A stretch of DNA of 64,000 bases from Parasitella parasitica NRRL 2501. Taxonomy: Eukaryota; Fungi; Mucoromycota. Below, piece by piece: positions 25,701 to 37,796 of the stretch. Position 1 is the first letter of the stretch; each line of letters begins with the position of its first letter. A program made the translations under genes and the position numbers. Location of the stretch: assembly GCA_025201805.1 (NCBI GenBank), contig MU619241.1:357600-421599 (forward strand), in the 5' to 3' direction. The notes under the pieces were generated by a model that was not told the DNA's origin, did no database searches, and saw only the letters and a list, made by a program, of their open reading frames with translations.

Positions 25701-27035
25701 TAATACACAGTTCCGAAGCGACAGGTGTTTACCAGTGACCCACTGTTTTGAATTCAGAAGGAAGGACTACTGTGAATATCTTGGATATAAGTTCAAATTG
25801 AAATCCAACATCTTTTCATATTGTGGCCTATTTCTATTGTTAAAAATAAGTTCGATTACAATATTAACTATTCTAGGCGATCAATTTGTTGAAAATTTGG
25901 TAATTCAAACGAATCCGAGCGGTCGCTTATGTGCCGTCTCTGTGTTCGATTGCGAACCATGGATAGCTTTTCTGTGTCAAAAAACGCTTAATACAAGTTA
26001 CAAATATATTCAGATACTATTATGTTAGAGACATGTTTGATATGTAGCTCCCATTTACAAAATATGTAACCAAGAAAACGATATTTCGCCAATCAGTTTT
26101 CAACTGGGATGAACTTTTAAAGCACTTGACAAATTGATTTTTCAAGCAAAAGGTCAAATCCCAAATAGAGACGAAGCATGCTTTGTGAACCAATATTTAA
26201 CGTAATAACCGACCATTCTACTATTTAAAAAAACCATTAACAGTATTGTGAATTCCTTGTAAGTATAGCCTTGCTATGTCTTTGCTTCTTTTAATACACA
26301 TATTACTTGGCTCTGTAGTAGTATAGAATCAAAAGGTCGGAAAAGGTACAACTTGAGAACCCAGATTCTATATTGAGTTCAGAGATCGTAGGCGGAAGCT
26401 ATACTATTTCTACGTTGAGCTAAAACGACTAGAATGTGAAGCATTTACCAAGAAGAAGTAATATTTAAGTCAATTATCATGGTCAAATGTACCCAAAGTG
26501 GTTGGAGATGCTGTTTATAACTCAAGTGCCATTTTGTGGTCTGGCTCTGTAGCACAATTTTTTTTTATATGAAATTTTATTTGCCCATCTGTGCAGTGAA
26601 AATGACAACAATGTCTGTTTCAATGAAATTGCGGATGGCAGGGATTTATTAATGCATTTCTCTGGTTGATGAAAAAATCTTAAACGACTATATGATTCGT
26701 ATCTCCTTGTCTCAATTACTATACTTCCAGTAAAGATGAACGGTTTTCTTGTTTCATTGCTCGTATTAACCACTCCAATTTGTGTTTTCCTAGTATTAAA
26801 ACAGGCATTATTAAACAGTGAAAAGAGGGAGAAAGAAACTAGATCATTTGATCAGAGAGGATAAAGTACCTTCGGATAATCTAGTACTTCCGGCATCTTT
26901 TTTTACGGAACAGATGCGCTTCATTGTCTGACAAAATTGAGATGACGATCGTCACAATGGTTAAACGTATAAAAAGCCCAAGCTTCTTCCTACAGCCCCT
27001 CTTTTTCTCTCTTACTATCTCTACTCAATTACCGA

Positions 27036-28256
27036 ATGAACGTATTCAACAGACTCAAATCCAATTCCGCTGCCAGTCTGAAGCCTCCATCAGCTTCTCC
27101 TAGCGAGGAATTTGGTCCTGTCTCACATGAACCCAAATTGACACCTCCTGCTAACTTCAGTCCTGCAACACATCCCGCTCTAGACGAAGAACAAAAGGCC
27201 AACGTTGCCAAACTTTTAGAATACATCGAGTCGATTATGCTACCAAAAACCGATGCTTATTATACAAGTGAGAGGGGCTTTGTTACAGAAAATACAGTAA
27301 AGAGATATATGCGTGCTAGGAAATGGAACTATGAGGTAGTTTTGATTATAGCATAATTTTAAACACCAGCAGCCATGTAAACCTTAAACTTTAATAGCAA
27401 GCAAAGACCATGTTAGAGAATTCCGTCTTATGGAGACGTGATTACCGTCCTGATGAACTCGATCCAGAGTACATTAAGCCAGAGGTAAGTCTTCGTAGGC
27501 GACTGAAGAAAAGTGAATAGGTTCCTCTGGTGCAATTGTGTGTCATATGGTTTCCATGGGCTTTTTCTCGCTTTTTTTTATCCGGAAAAAGTTTTTTCTA
27601 AAACACCTTGTATTGTTTAGGCCGAAACAGGTAAAATGTACTTTAATGGATTCGATAAATGCGGCCGTCCAGTTTGGATAATGAGACCCAGACTACAAAA
27701 CTCCAAAGATGGTGAACGTCAGATCAAGCACATTGTATATAGTTTAGAACGTGGTATTCGCTTGATGCCCAAATTGGTCGAAAATCTGGCCATCATCGTC
27801 GATTTCAAGGATTCCTCTGCGTCTCACAATCCCAGTGTTTCAACATGTAAAAAGTTTTTGGACATTTTAGGAAACCATTATCCTGAAAGATTGGGTATTG
27901 CTTTTGTTGTCAAATGTAAGTTGTATAACGCTGTTGCTATGGTGAGGTGATGCTGATACTTTTTTTATTTTTATTTTTATTTAGCACCCTGGTTCTTCTT
28001 TGCCACTTTTAAAATTATTTCCCCATTCATGGATCCTGTAACCAAGAACAAAATCAAATTTGTGTATGACGGAAAAGATGAAAAGGAAAACAAGAGCACA
28101 AGTAACGAGTGGGTGCACATGGAGGATTACATTGATCTTGATCAACTAGAATGCGATTTCGGTGGTCGATTCAATTTCATCTACGAGCTTGAGCCTTACT
28201 GGTCTGCACTTTTGGAAAAGACTGGAAACCCATACAAAATCATCGAGTACAACTAA
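27036..28256 (+). CDS. CRAL-TRIO / Sec14-like phosphatidylinositol transfer protein (Pdr16/Sfh3-like), 3 introns
   Basis: RYMRARKW, WRRDYRP, EAETGKMYFNGFDKCGRPV, ILGNHYPERLG, PWFF...ISPFMDPVTKNKI, QLECDFGG. Confidence 0.93.
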
Positions 28257-28816
28257 AAAAAGACCATGCCACAAACACGCAAACCCACAAACTTATACGC
28301 AGGAAACGCATGTAAACACTCTGTACATCTGACAAACCCTTATTATATATCAATATAAAATAAATATACGCCTCATGTTTATTTCTCCTTTTTCGCGTAA
28401 ATACTACCATAGTTGGTCAATTTCTGATATCACATAGACATGCAATTATTTGCTACTGAACTCATAAAAATACAGAAAACTCTGTAGAGGAGCTGTTGTG
28501 CCCACTGTGATATAATTTCTAGGCTCGATTTCTTCATTTTCAACTCTGCAACAGCAATGACAAATATAGCACTATGTACACTGATCGCCATAGGCTGTTT
28601 GTTGCATCAACACCTTGTATACAAACAATTGTTTCGAATAGCAAACACCGGCATTCTGTGTGTTTAGGATGATAAGCATCCTATTGTTTCACACTAATTT
28701 ATCTTAATCCTCCCCCAAGACGGCCCGGTTTTCCCTTTTTAAAATGGACAATCATTGTTCCAGATACAGTACTCAAGTTTTTCAAAGGTTTATTAACATG
28801 AAACGAATTCCTGAAA

Positions 28817-29951
28817 TCAATTCACCAAGCAATTATTGTTGTTTAAGCATGATTCGAATGATAAAACATCGATAGCACTGTCTATTTCGTCAGCAATACT
28901 TGAATTGCACGAATTACTGCTGCTCGTTATCTCCAGCATGTTGATTTGTTCAAAATGACGGTATATCATGGCAGATGTATATCCGACCATCGTAATCGGA
29001 AACTCCAAGTTTACAACTTGCTTGTTTTGCAGATCACAAAAGGCGAATGTAAACTTGATGTAATGCTCTACCGCAACTCTTTGACTCTCTATTATTGAAG
29101 GTAAAATTGAGACGACGTCCATTGCTAGTGTCATTTGGCATGGTTGAGACCAGGATTTATTGGGCGAAGTTAATAATTGTGTTCCAGTTGCTAAAACCTG
29201 GTTTTGGCTTTTTCTATTAAATTAGGTAAGCACGCTTAGAAATAAGAGTTTCAAAGAAATAAGCCTACATTTTTTCGCCTTTTCCATCTTCTTGCTCGTC
29301 AACCAGGTGCAGCAATTGGACAACCTGATAGCCTACAAGGCAACACTCGTCTTTCTTCAGCGGAAACATGGCCTTTAGTCTCACAGATATGCTTTCACAT
29401 GTGCTGTCCAGATTGACAGTGTTTGGAAACTCTAGTTCGTATTGCCATCTTTGCTGTCTGGACTGATTCGTAATTCCCCAAAAGGTTCTTTTCGGTATGA
29501 TGGTCGTCATTGGAGCAATTGGATAGCAAGGTCGATGTAGATGTATTGGCTGCAGTAACTTTTGATCTGTAGAGGATGATGTAGTGACGCTAAGAGTATA
29601 GTAAATCAGAGTTGTGTTTGCGTTGGGTAGGTCAATATGAAACGAACTGGGTATATTGTTTGGAATAGACGATAAATTGAATGGCAAGCTATATTCATTG
29701 CTTGACACATACATCCAGTCAGTTGGTCGGCTTGAGAGATGATATGTGTCGTCAAGGAAAGTTCTCGTTGAATTTCTAACCCTTTCCTTGCCTACTAGCC
29801 GTAAGTGTGTCCAGGATGGAGCTTTGAAACATGATGACTCGGAAGTAAGATGTATTGCACCGAATACTTTTGTGGTTGGATTTCGTGTACTCAATGGAAA
29901 CGAGTCTTGACCCAATTTCATAGACAATTTATAGCATTGATCTGTGGGCAT
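28817..29951 (-). CDS. Divergent alpha-arrestin-like protein (1 intron, ~29214-29269)
   Basis: N-domain pattern VFGAIHL...LRLVGKE...YSLPFNL..IPNNIPSSF...IYYTLSV; C-domain pattern ILPS...VEHYIKFTF...LEFPITMV; the intron joins the two ORFs in frame. Confidence 0.6.
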
Positions 29952-30330
29952 TCTGAGTGAGTTGGGCGAAATATAATGCGTGCTTTAAGAGACAATAAAT
30001 ATAGCTGAATGCAAGTAGATATTTATGAGGGAGTCGAGAAAGAGGGAAAAAAGACGATTGAAACGGTAATTTTAACGATTGTTTCTCTATCATATATATA
30101 CCATTTTTTTCATGCGCTATTTATTTTGTATATATGCACCTCAGTCAAACAGAAAAACTTGCACACAAATACATCAACATGTTTATCAGTTGTATTATTA
30201 AAATTCATTATTTTGTTGTACATATGATGCATGTGAGACATCCTAAAACATAACATATTGCATTTAATAGGAAAAAGAGGGGTATATATGTCCTATATAT
30301 TATGTAGCCTTTTAATGCTTTTTTGGATCT

Positions 30331-32142
30331 TTACAGCTCATTCGGTGCATCTTCTTCTTTTGGTATATCAATCGAAGTTAACAATAGTTGTTGCCTTTGT
30401 TCTTGTTGCACACGCTCTAGTGCATCTTCCTCCGACATGTCCAGCAGCCGTGCAAGCTTGTTACTACTGTTACGAACTTTAGGCTTGACAAAGTTTTCAT
30501 CATCCTCCAAAATCGTCAAATCAAGGCCCATTTCATCATTGTAATCCAGCTCATCTTCGTTTTCACTCGATGCGATAGTTGGCCTTATAGTCCTCGTGGC
30601 AAAGAAATCGTCCATATTCACATCGTCATGAGCTTTTGTTATAGATCTTGATTGATTTTCCAGTAGCGCATGACCAGTCATTGTAGGTAGCAAATGAGGC
30701 TTTTTGTTGAGCGAAGAAGCGACCGAACAGCAGTTGAAACCGCTGCAAGTACGACGCTTGGTGTTTTTTAGCCGACGGTAGTAGTAATTAGGAATGATTG
30801 CCCTTAGTGCCACAATCCAGGCACGCCGTAACTTGTGCGCAATCATGCGATAAAGACGATAAATTGCCCATTTATGATAAAGCTTAGGTGAAGACTCCTT
30901 CCAGACACGAGCCTCTGAATAGTAATAATCTGAGTCATAATCGTCGTATTCATCATCATCGTCCATATAGTCAGAGTCTGAGTCACTCTTGTAGGTGGGC
31001 AAATTAAGGTATTCAATCGTTGTGATATTCATTTTTGCTACACAATGGAGGGATAAATATGAGTCTTTTTTTTTCTGTTTTTTTGGGCAAGGTGTTGCAA
31101 AATGAGTGATATTTACCGAGTTTAATGTGGAATAGTAGTAATCTTGTGATGGACACAAGTGATATCAGAGCCGTCAAAGTGATGAGCACTGTCACCACCG
31201 CGCTTATGTGGTAAATCCGGTTAATGCTGCTAAGATCAGCATTCTGTAAATCAACATGAAAAATTCGTAAACCTTTGTTTATCAAGATTAGCAATCAAAA
31301 TTGCTTATCAAGTCAATAATCTGATCACATATGACATACCGTTCATAATAAATGACTTTTTGTCGCAAAAACATGACCATACAACAAAACATGCGATATA
31401 TGAATACCATAGCAACGCTGTAAATGCAGACACCACCAATGTTATAAACAATCTACATGAGTGATCGGTTTAATTTTACTCACTAACATCCCCTCCCCCT
31501 CTTTGACAAAGTTACCTGTAATTGCTCTCCCCAACGCAGCAATTCAACCATTTACAATGATGATCCATTCGACCTACACACTTGTTGCATAGCTTGCAGT
31601 GGCGAGTTTGTTTTGATCTGCTCTTCCCATGTTTAAAATCAAGCATTTAATGGACTGTAAATCAAAAGAAAAACTCACACTTTGATCCGACAAATGTTGC
31701 AAATGCCCGTAAAGCTATCTATAACTGGAATTCCATAACGCCTCGTATAAGTTTGGCTTCGGTTAATCTGATGACGCTGTTTTGATACCGCCGGATCTTC
31801 TGTTTCCACCATGGACGTTGATAAGCTAAGAAGTTTAACTAATGTGGTAAGGCCTATCATGATTTTACTATTCCACGAGCTTAATGGATCGTTAACTGTT
31901 GTTTGCGGCAATTCTTTTAATAGTACTTCGAGCGGTAATTCTGCCTCGGCAGATGATGTTCTCGTGGTAAAGTAGATGAGAAAACAAAAGAATCCTGAAT
32001 CAAGTAAAAGCAAGCAGATCCATTGCAGTATTAAATACATGTCTATCGGCATTTGGTAGCCATGTCTTCTTGACCAATCGTTCTTTTCCCATGTATAAAC
32101 GACGCCTGGGGCTCTTTTCATGAGGGAAAATGGGAAGCCCAT
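30331..32142 (-). CDS. DHHC palmitoyltransferase, multi-exon
   Basis: CNICRIKV / [30 protein letters not shown] read on the minus strand at ~31520-31618; RRHGYQMP N-terminal motif; NITTIEYL (TTxE motif). Confidence 0.92.
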
Positions 32143-33654
32143 ATCTGAAAAGAAAGATATACAACAAGGTAAAAAGGGGCACAAAAGGAACAGAGAAAGG
32201 AGGAAGAATAAACAAAAATCCAAAATTGCTGTCACTCTTTTTTCAGGAGTAACAATGATTTCGATACTCAAAGACATTACTAAGTTTATATCAAACAACG
32301 ATGCTATGCACATCTTATTCTGCTGTATAATTTTTTTTAACAGAGAGCATTTGAGAGTGGTTAACAGTAAAGTTTATACACGGAACATGGTTATAAGAAA
32401 AGAAAGAGCTTTTACACACATTTGATTTCTCACGGACCATTTTTTGCATATAAAAACGAGATGTGTGCACTAAAATGGGGATTTACTGCCTTTGCTTGAA
32501 AACAGATAAGGTCTTAATGCGTAACAAACAGGAGAGACTCAGCAATGCATGCAATTTTCATAGGTGTTGCGCGCACTACTTGAACTGTGTGTGACAGTTG
32601 AGAAGAAGCCATTTCATGAGTCGGCTAAAAAACATCATTAATGACAGGTGTAGACGTTGATATCGAGGCAATCATATTCTGTATCCATCCAAGTATATCA
32701 TTACGTTCAAAATCACTGTTGTCGTTGCATATTTTGCGTATAAGCCATGTCTACATGTCTCTGGTAATAATCCTTTAAATAGAGTCTGGCAGTCTTGAGA
32801 GACCCTCAGGACTCAAAACTTTCGACTAAAGAAGTGTACATTCACGCTGCACTTAGATGTATAAAAGGAAGATCTCGCTGTGCCCGTTGGCAGAATGCCG
32901 ACTTTCACTCTTTTCTTGCTTTGCGTTCTGGTCTCTCATAGTACTGTGAGATACTGCAAAAGCAGATGGTCAAAAGTACCTTGGTAGATCTTTCGGTTGT
33001 TGGTTCAATGTTGATACCAAATTCAAATTGACCTCGTCTCACTTGTTCATGAAAAAATTCATCTGAGATCGTCAAAAAGCCTAGATTGCTGTCAAAACGG
33101 CATTTATCACTGAAGGCACTACATTTCATTATCGTTTCTTTCTCAACGGAGCTGATTTTCCACTAAAAAACATCACTTCTCTACATGGTAACAATCGTTC
33201 TTGGTACAAGTTTTAAAAGCATCAGCCCCCTTGATGATGTTCTAGAGGACATAGGAATCAGGAGCATCACACGGCCCTTTTTTTTTTTTTTTTTTTTTAC
33301 AGATAAACACGACTGCAATGCCATGATTGCTGATCACAATAACCTAAAACTAGTTGCTAGCGTCACCAGAACTCACAATAACCTATTACTGTATACATCC
33401 TGCCTTGGTCAATTTTCATTCGTGCGTGGTGTATGGGGCAATTATCGATATAGTATTTATATAAAAGGCTTTTATTTGACAAGATGTGATATGTTTATAT
33501 ACAAAGAGATATAGAATTAATTAATAGAGTTTTGTGAGAGAATATTAAAAGAGATGGTTGATCTGTTGTATTCTTCATGATATTTTGTGAAGCTTGTTAG
33601 GGGCTCAGTATTATTTGTCTTGCACCAACAGATGAGGTTAAAATCTTTATACAT

Positions 33655-34506
33655 CTAAAGATCCTCCATAAATATGGAATCATCATCATCAATAATGATA
33701 GATTCATCATCATCATCATCGTCTTCCCCTGCTGACGATGCCACTGCTGCTTGATTTGATACTGGTGGCTGATGGTCTTCAACCTCACTGAGGTCTACGT
33801 CTACTTCTTCGTCTTCTTCAACAACGATAATCTCATCCTGCTCTTTTCCTTGCTCCTTCTTGACATCTGATCTGATGCGATCCATTCCAATCAAGATGGC
33901 AGCAGCCTCAAGCATTTGTACTTGCTGGTGCTTGGTCAAAGGCAGCTTTTTGGTCAGTTCCCATTCTTCCGAATGCTCCCAGCGATGCTTTTGCAAACAA
34001 TTGGGATGTTTGTAAGACTTTCCACAATCGTTGCATCTATACTGGCCGCTGAAAGACTCAGAAAGACCACGGGTGACACCGCTCTTTCTTCTGCCACCAC
34101 CACCAACGCTATTGCTAAGGTTCATCAAAATATCTGATGGTCTTCGGTTATTATTACGTATAGTGAGTCCACCTGTAGCAGCTGCAGTAGCAGTAGCAGT
34201 ACCAGCAATAGGTGCAGCATGCTTTTTCAAGATGCTACTGGAATGATCGATTGTATAGTTTTCTGGTAGTGATGATGAATAGTCCTTGATGTGCATGTCA
34301 TTGAATACTGTCTGGAGAGAGTCTCTACGGTTCTGTGCTAATGATGGAGGTTTCTCATTGATTGTAATATTAGGAGCTGAACTATTGCTGGATGTTTCCT
34401 CACCACAAAACGAATTTGGAGGAGAGGGAAGGCTGGTAGGATTGTTGGGCTTTTCTTGCTGTTTCTGTTGTTGCTGGCGGATTTGAAAAGAGAGTAACGA
34501 AGACAT
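33655..34506 (-). CDS. Single C2H2 zinc-finger protein with acidic tail (putative transcription regulator)
   Basis: YRCNDCGKSYKHPNCLQKHRWEH followed by KHQQVQMLEAAAIL; start taken at MSSLLSFQ, downstream of a TATATATA element. Confidence 0.8.
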   Translation of the reverse strand: MSSLLSFQIRQQQQKQQEKPNNPTSLPSPPNSFCGEETSSNSSAPNITINEKPPSLAQNRRDSLQTVFNDMHIKDYSSSLPENYTIDHSSSILKKHAAPIAGTATATAAATGGLTIRNNNRRPSDILMNLSNSVGGGGRRKSGVTRGLSESFSGQYRCNDCGKSYKHPNCLQKHRWEHSEEWELTKKLPLTKHQQVQMLEAAAILIGMDRIRSDVKKEQGKEQDEIIVVEEDEEVDVDLSEVEDHQPPVSNQAAVASSAGEDDDDDDESIIIDDDDSIFMEDL

Positions 34507-35884
34507 GATGTGGTATATATAAACGTCCCAGGGCACAAAATGGAAAGAAATAGAATATAATATGTTCTACCGTGTATACCATGGTCATGTTTATTTTTTT
34601 AACCCCAGTTTCTTTATCGTCATTTCAAGGTATTTCGTCTTTGTTAATCATGAAAACTTGTTCTCAAGTCTTCATCAAAGTTGGACATCTTGAAGTTCAA
34701 CATGTTAATTTTAAAAATATGTAACAATAATAAATATTACCTCAATCAGCGTTGACGAATGCCTTACAGCGGGAGTTCATGTGCTACTGAATTTTTTAAC
34801 AACGATGGTGGTATACCGTAATACTTCAAAATATTGGTAGCAAAAATTATTTATAACATTAATCCCAAGAACAAATAGATTTTAGATTAAGAACAGTAAT
34901 TTTAAATGTAGTTTTTAACAGATTACACTTTTAGCTTATTTACCAGGATAAAGCAATGTATTTTTGTAGGTTCTACTAATCCAAAATCACGAAACTAAAT
35001 TTATTAATGCTCAACTCAAGAATCTATAATAATTAGCTGCTTTAATAAATAAGTCTTGCTTTGACAACTTCTTGTTATCGTTTGTTTTTAGTATTTTCCT
35101 ACTGCTATCACATACAACTATCTGATGCACCCTTTTAAGACCTGGCACAACAGGCATTTATCAGAAGCATGTTGAAAATATTTACAGAGGTAAACTCGAC
35201 CACAACACATATTCCTTTGTTTTTGTGGGTAGTACATTAATGATTATCAGCGAAAAACTGCTAATCAAATTTTTGGTCGACTATTGTACCGTAAGCAACA
35301 AGTTTCCCGAACAAGAGTGAGAAGGATACAGTGACAATGGCGGGTCTGGTCCACCTTTTGTTTGTTTCAGGTGTTTTCTTAGCTTTTTTTAAAAAAATAT
35401 TCAAGACTACCCAAAGCATCTAAGACAGCATAGGAAATCGCTTCGTTAGATAAAAGAGCAGCAGCTCAATTACTACTCAAAGGTACATCGTCAGGTTTGG
35501 GAAGATACTTGCTTAGTACAAAACGGTCAAAGCATACAACAGAGAAAAGTCTCACCCAGATTTCAATAGCAATCTTTTGGAAAAACGAAACTTTTGGAGC
35601 TCGAGCTCTAAAGAATTAGTTAAATATTCGCTCAATCACGGTTTCTTACATCCGCATCAAATCTATTGACTCTATGCTTCTAACTAACTCGAAATTTCTT
35701 TCAAAGATAATCAAATGCTTGATTTTGAATGCGTAATATTTGCTTAGTTGAAGAATTATAAAAAAGATGCAGTTTTTCCCTACGCAACTTGACAAAAAAT
35801 AAGCACTTTTAATTTGCATAGATACGGTTACAGATACAGTGATTTGCGTTTGAAATTCAAGATTTTCAAAAATAGATTGCTGAT

Positions 35885-36570
35885 TTGGTCCAAAACAACA
35901 ATCGTGGAAGCGTAGAGTTCAAGAAAAATGTGCGCTCTCATAACAACGCACTATGCTTCATGTCAATGGGGGATAACTTGGATAGCAGTGTTCAAAATTC
36001 ACGTAGTGGTGCTTACGCATTCAGAATCCATGGAAGCATTTACCATAGAATTGGGTCCCTACTTCCAACTGAGAATAGTTCGCTTGCATTTGCTCAGATT
36101 TATGTTTATGATGCCAGCAATGATACCAGCAAAAGACATTTAGTAGCCAGCCATGTAGATGCTCAGACTTTAAAGGAGCTACAACGCTTAATGTATCGAA
36201 TCAATCCAATCGCGCGAGACTTCAAGACAATGGCCCAATTTATAAGAACAGTTTCGTTTAAACTTTACTCGTCACAATCAATCTAGCCTTCGCTCTGAGC
36301 TCTATTGTGGTTTATAACAAGACGCAATTGCACACGATGAAACGGACACCAACTCTCTTGGTCTTAAGGTAATACTTCCTAGCCCCTTCATTGGAAAACC
36401 AAGACATATGGCTTAATTTTATCAAGACTTAATGAATACTGTAAGACGGCTCGGCAAGGCTTAATACTTTATAGCATTCACCTACAACCCTAAATGGCCA
36501 GAAATACAAAATGAGCTTTTGTTTAGATAAACTGCTGCTGACCGACCAGATCTTTGCTCAAAAAGTATTT
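35885..36570 (+). mobile_element. Degenerate Helitron Rep/helicase fragment, internally deleted
   Basis: FKKNVRSHNNALCFMSMG...AFRIHGSIYHRIGSLLP...FAQIYVYD; then in another frame RLNFTRHNQSSLRSELY, VILPSPFIGKPRHM*, YFIAFTYNPKWPEI (Rep motif 1) and DRPDL, with several TAA stops. Confidence 0.9.
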
Positions 36571-37796
36571 CGGGGTGGTGTCAAATAGCTCGTTTTTTAT
36601 AAAAAAACACCATCGTAAAATGAAAACAAAAAGTTACTAGTTTTCTCCTTCATTCTATATTTACTATGAATCCCATCTTGAACACAACTGAAGCAAAGAC
36701 AAAATCAAGAGTATCATAAACAGCTATCTTTCACAGAACACTATCTTGGATTGGAAGTATGAGCTTGCTTTGAAGGAATTAATCGACAAAAACCTATTGA
36801 TGGAGCCTACTGAAGAAAATATGAAAGAACTTTGAGACATGTATTTGCAAGAGGTCTCTATCGTTTATGAATCTAGACGTGAAGGATGTACTACTGAAGA
36901 GAGTAGTAAGGTTGATATGCTCGATAATGATAGTTTTTTTAAGATAAGCACCTCCCCTCAAATTCAAAAGTTACTACGTCTTGCTGCTTATTCGGCACAG
37001 GCTTTGAACGATGCAATTGATAATCGCCTTTCGTCAGCTGAAAACTCTCAAGCCTCCAATGATCAGGAAGATAATGTTGAACTCAGACATTACCAGACTC
37101 TATCTATTGATGAACAAATGATATTTCTTTGCAACAAGTTTGGTAACCAGGGCCATCTCGATCTCACCATTACTACTATAGCTAAGAGATTTGGATAATC
37201 TATTAAAAATTTCGGTCTGAAGCTTCAACCAACTCTGATTCGTAAAGAAAGGGACATACTTCTTGAAATCGCCCGATGTACTGACATCACAAGTGTGAAC
37301 AAAGTTATACAGTGACATAGATATGAATCCAATGTGCCGTTACATCCGCTTGGCACTTTCCAACATGGTCGAACTCTGGTCTTCGACCGCATAATACTTT
37401 TTTATGTCTAAAATCACTCAAGAAATGTATAGATATGTGGTAAAGATTACTTTTGTAAATTAGTAAACTAAAAACGATTGTCAGGCGTTTGCATATCATT
37501 GTTTGATTCAATGTGTAGTATGAGATGTGAAATATAATAAAATAGTATGCAGGCTAGGCCTTATACTTTAGGTACTTTTTTTTATGTGCAATTCTATTTT
37601 TACTTGGAATTTTCTCAGTTAAAATGACACACAATATGGTTTGATTTAAATGCTTTGTTCTTGTAGCCTTGTAGATTCATGCAAACAGTTGTCTCTATAG
37701 TCACAATGCCATTTCATTAATAAGCCACTAAATCATAAACATCCTTGAAAAAAAAAAAAAAAAATTCGAGGCCTTTTTTGGTAGGATTCATTCGAT

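Noticed and set aside
22380-26500. Centromere core (Mucor-type AT-rich core flanked by LINE elements)
   Set aside because: The gene-free stretch is under 5 kb, flanked by ordinary genes, and has no recognisable LINE ORFs
32460-33300. Coding-like decayed sequence between the DHHC and C2H2 genes
   Set aside because: No recognisable motif in any frame; I cannot assign it as a pseudogene or transposon
36330-36535. Several TAA stops in the Helitron relic suggesting RIP-like CpA-to-TpA mutation
   Set aside because: CAA-to-TAA is the commonest nonsense route in AT-biased decay, there are too few sites and no consensus to compare, and RIP is not established in Mucorales
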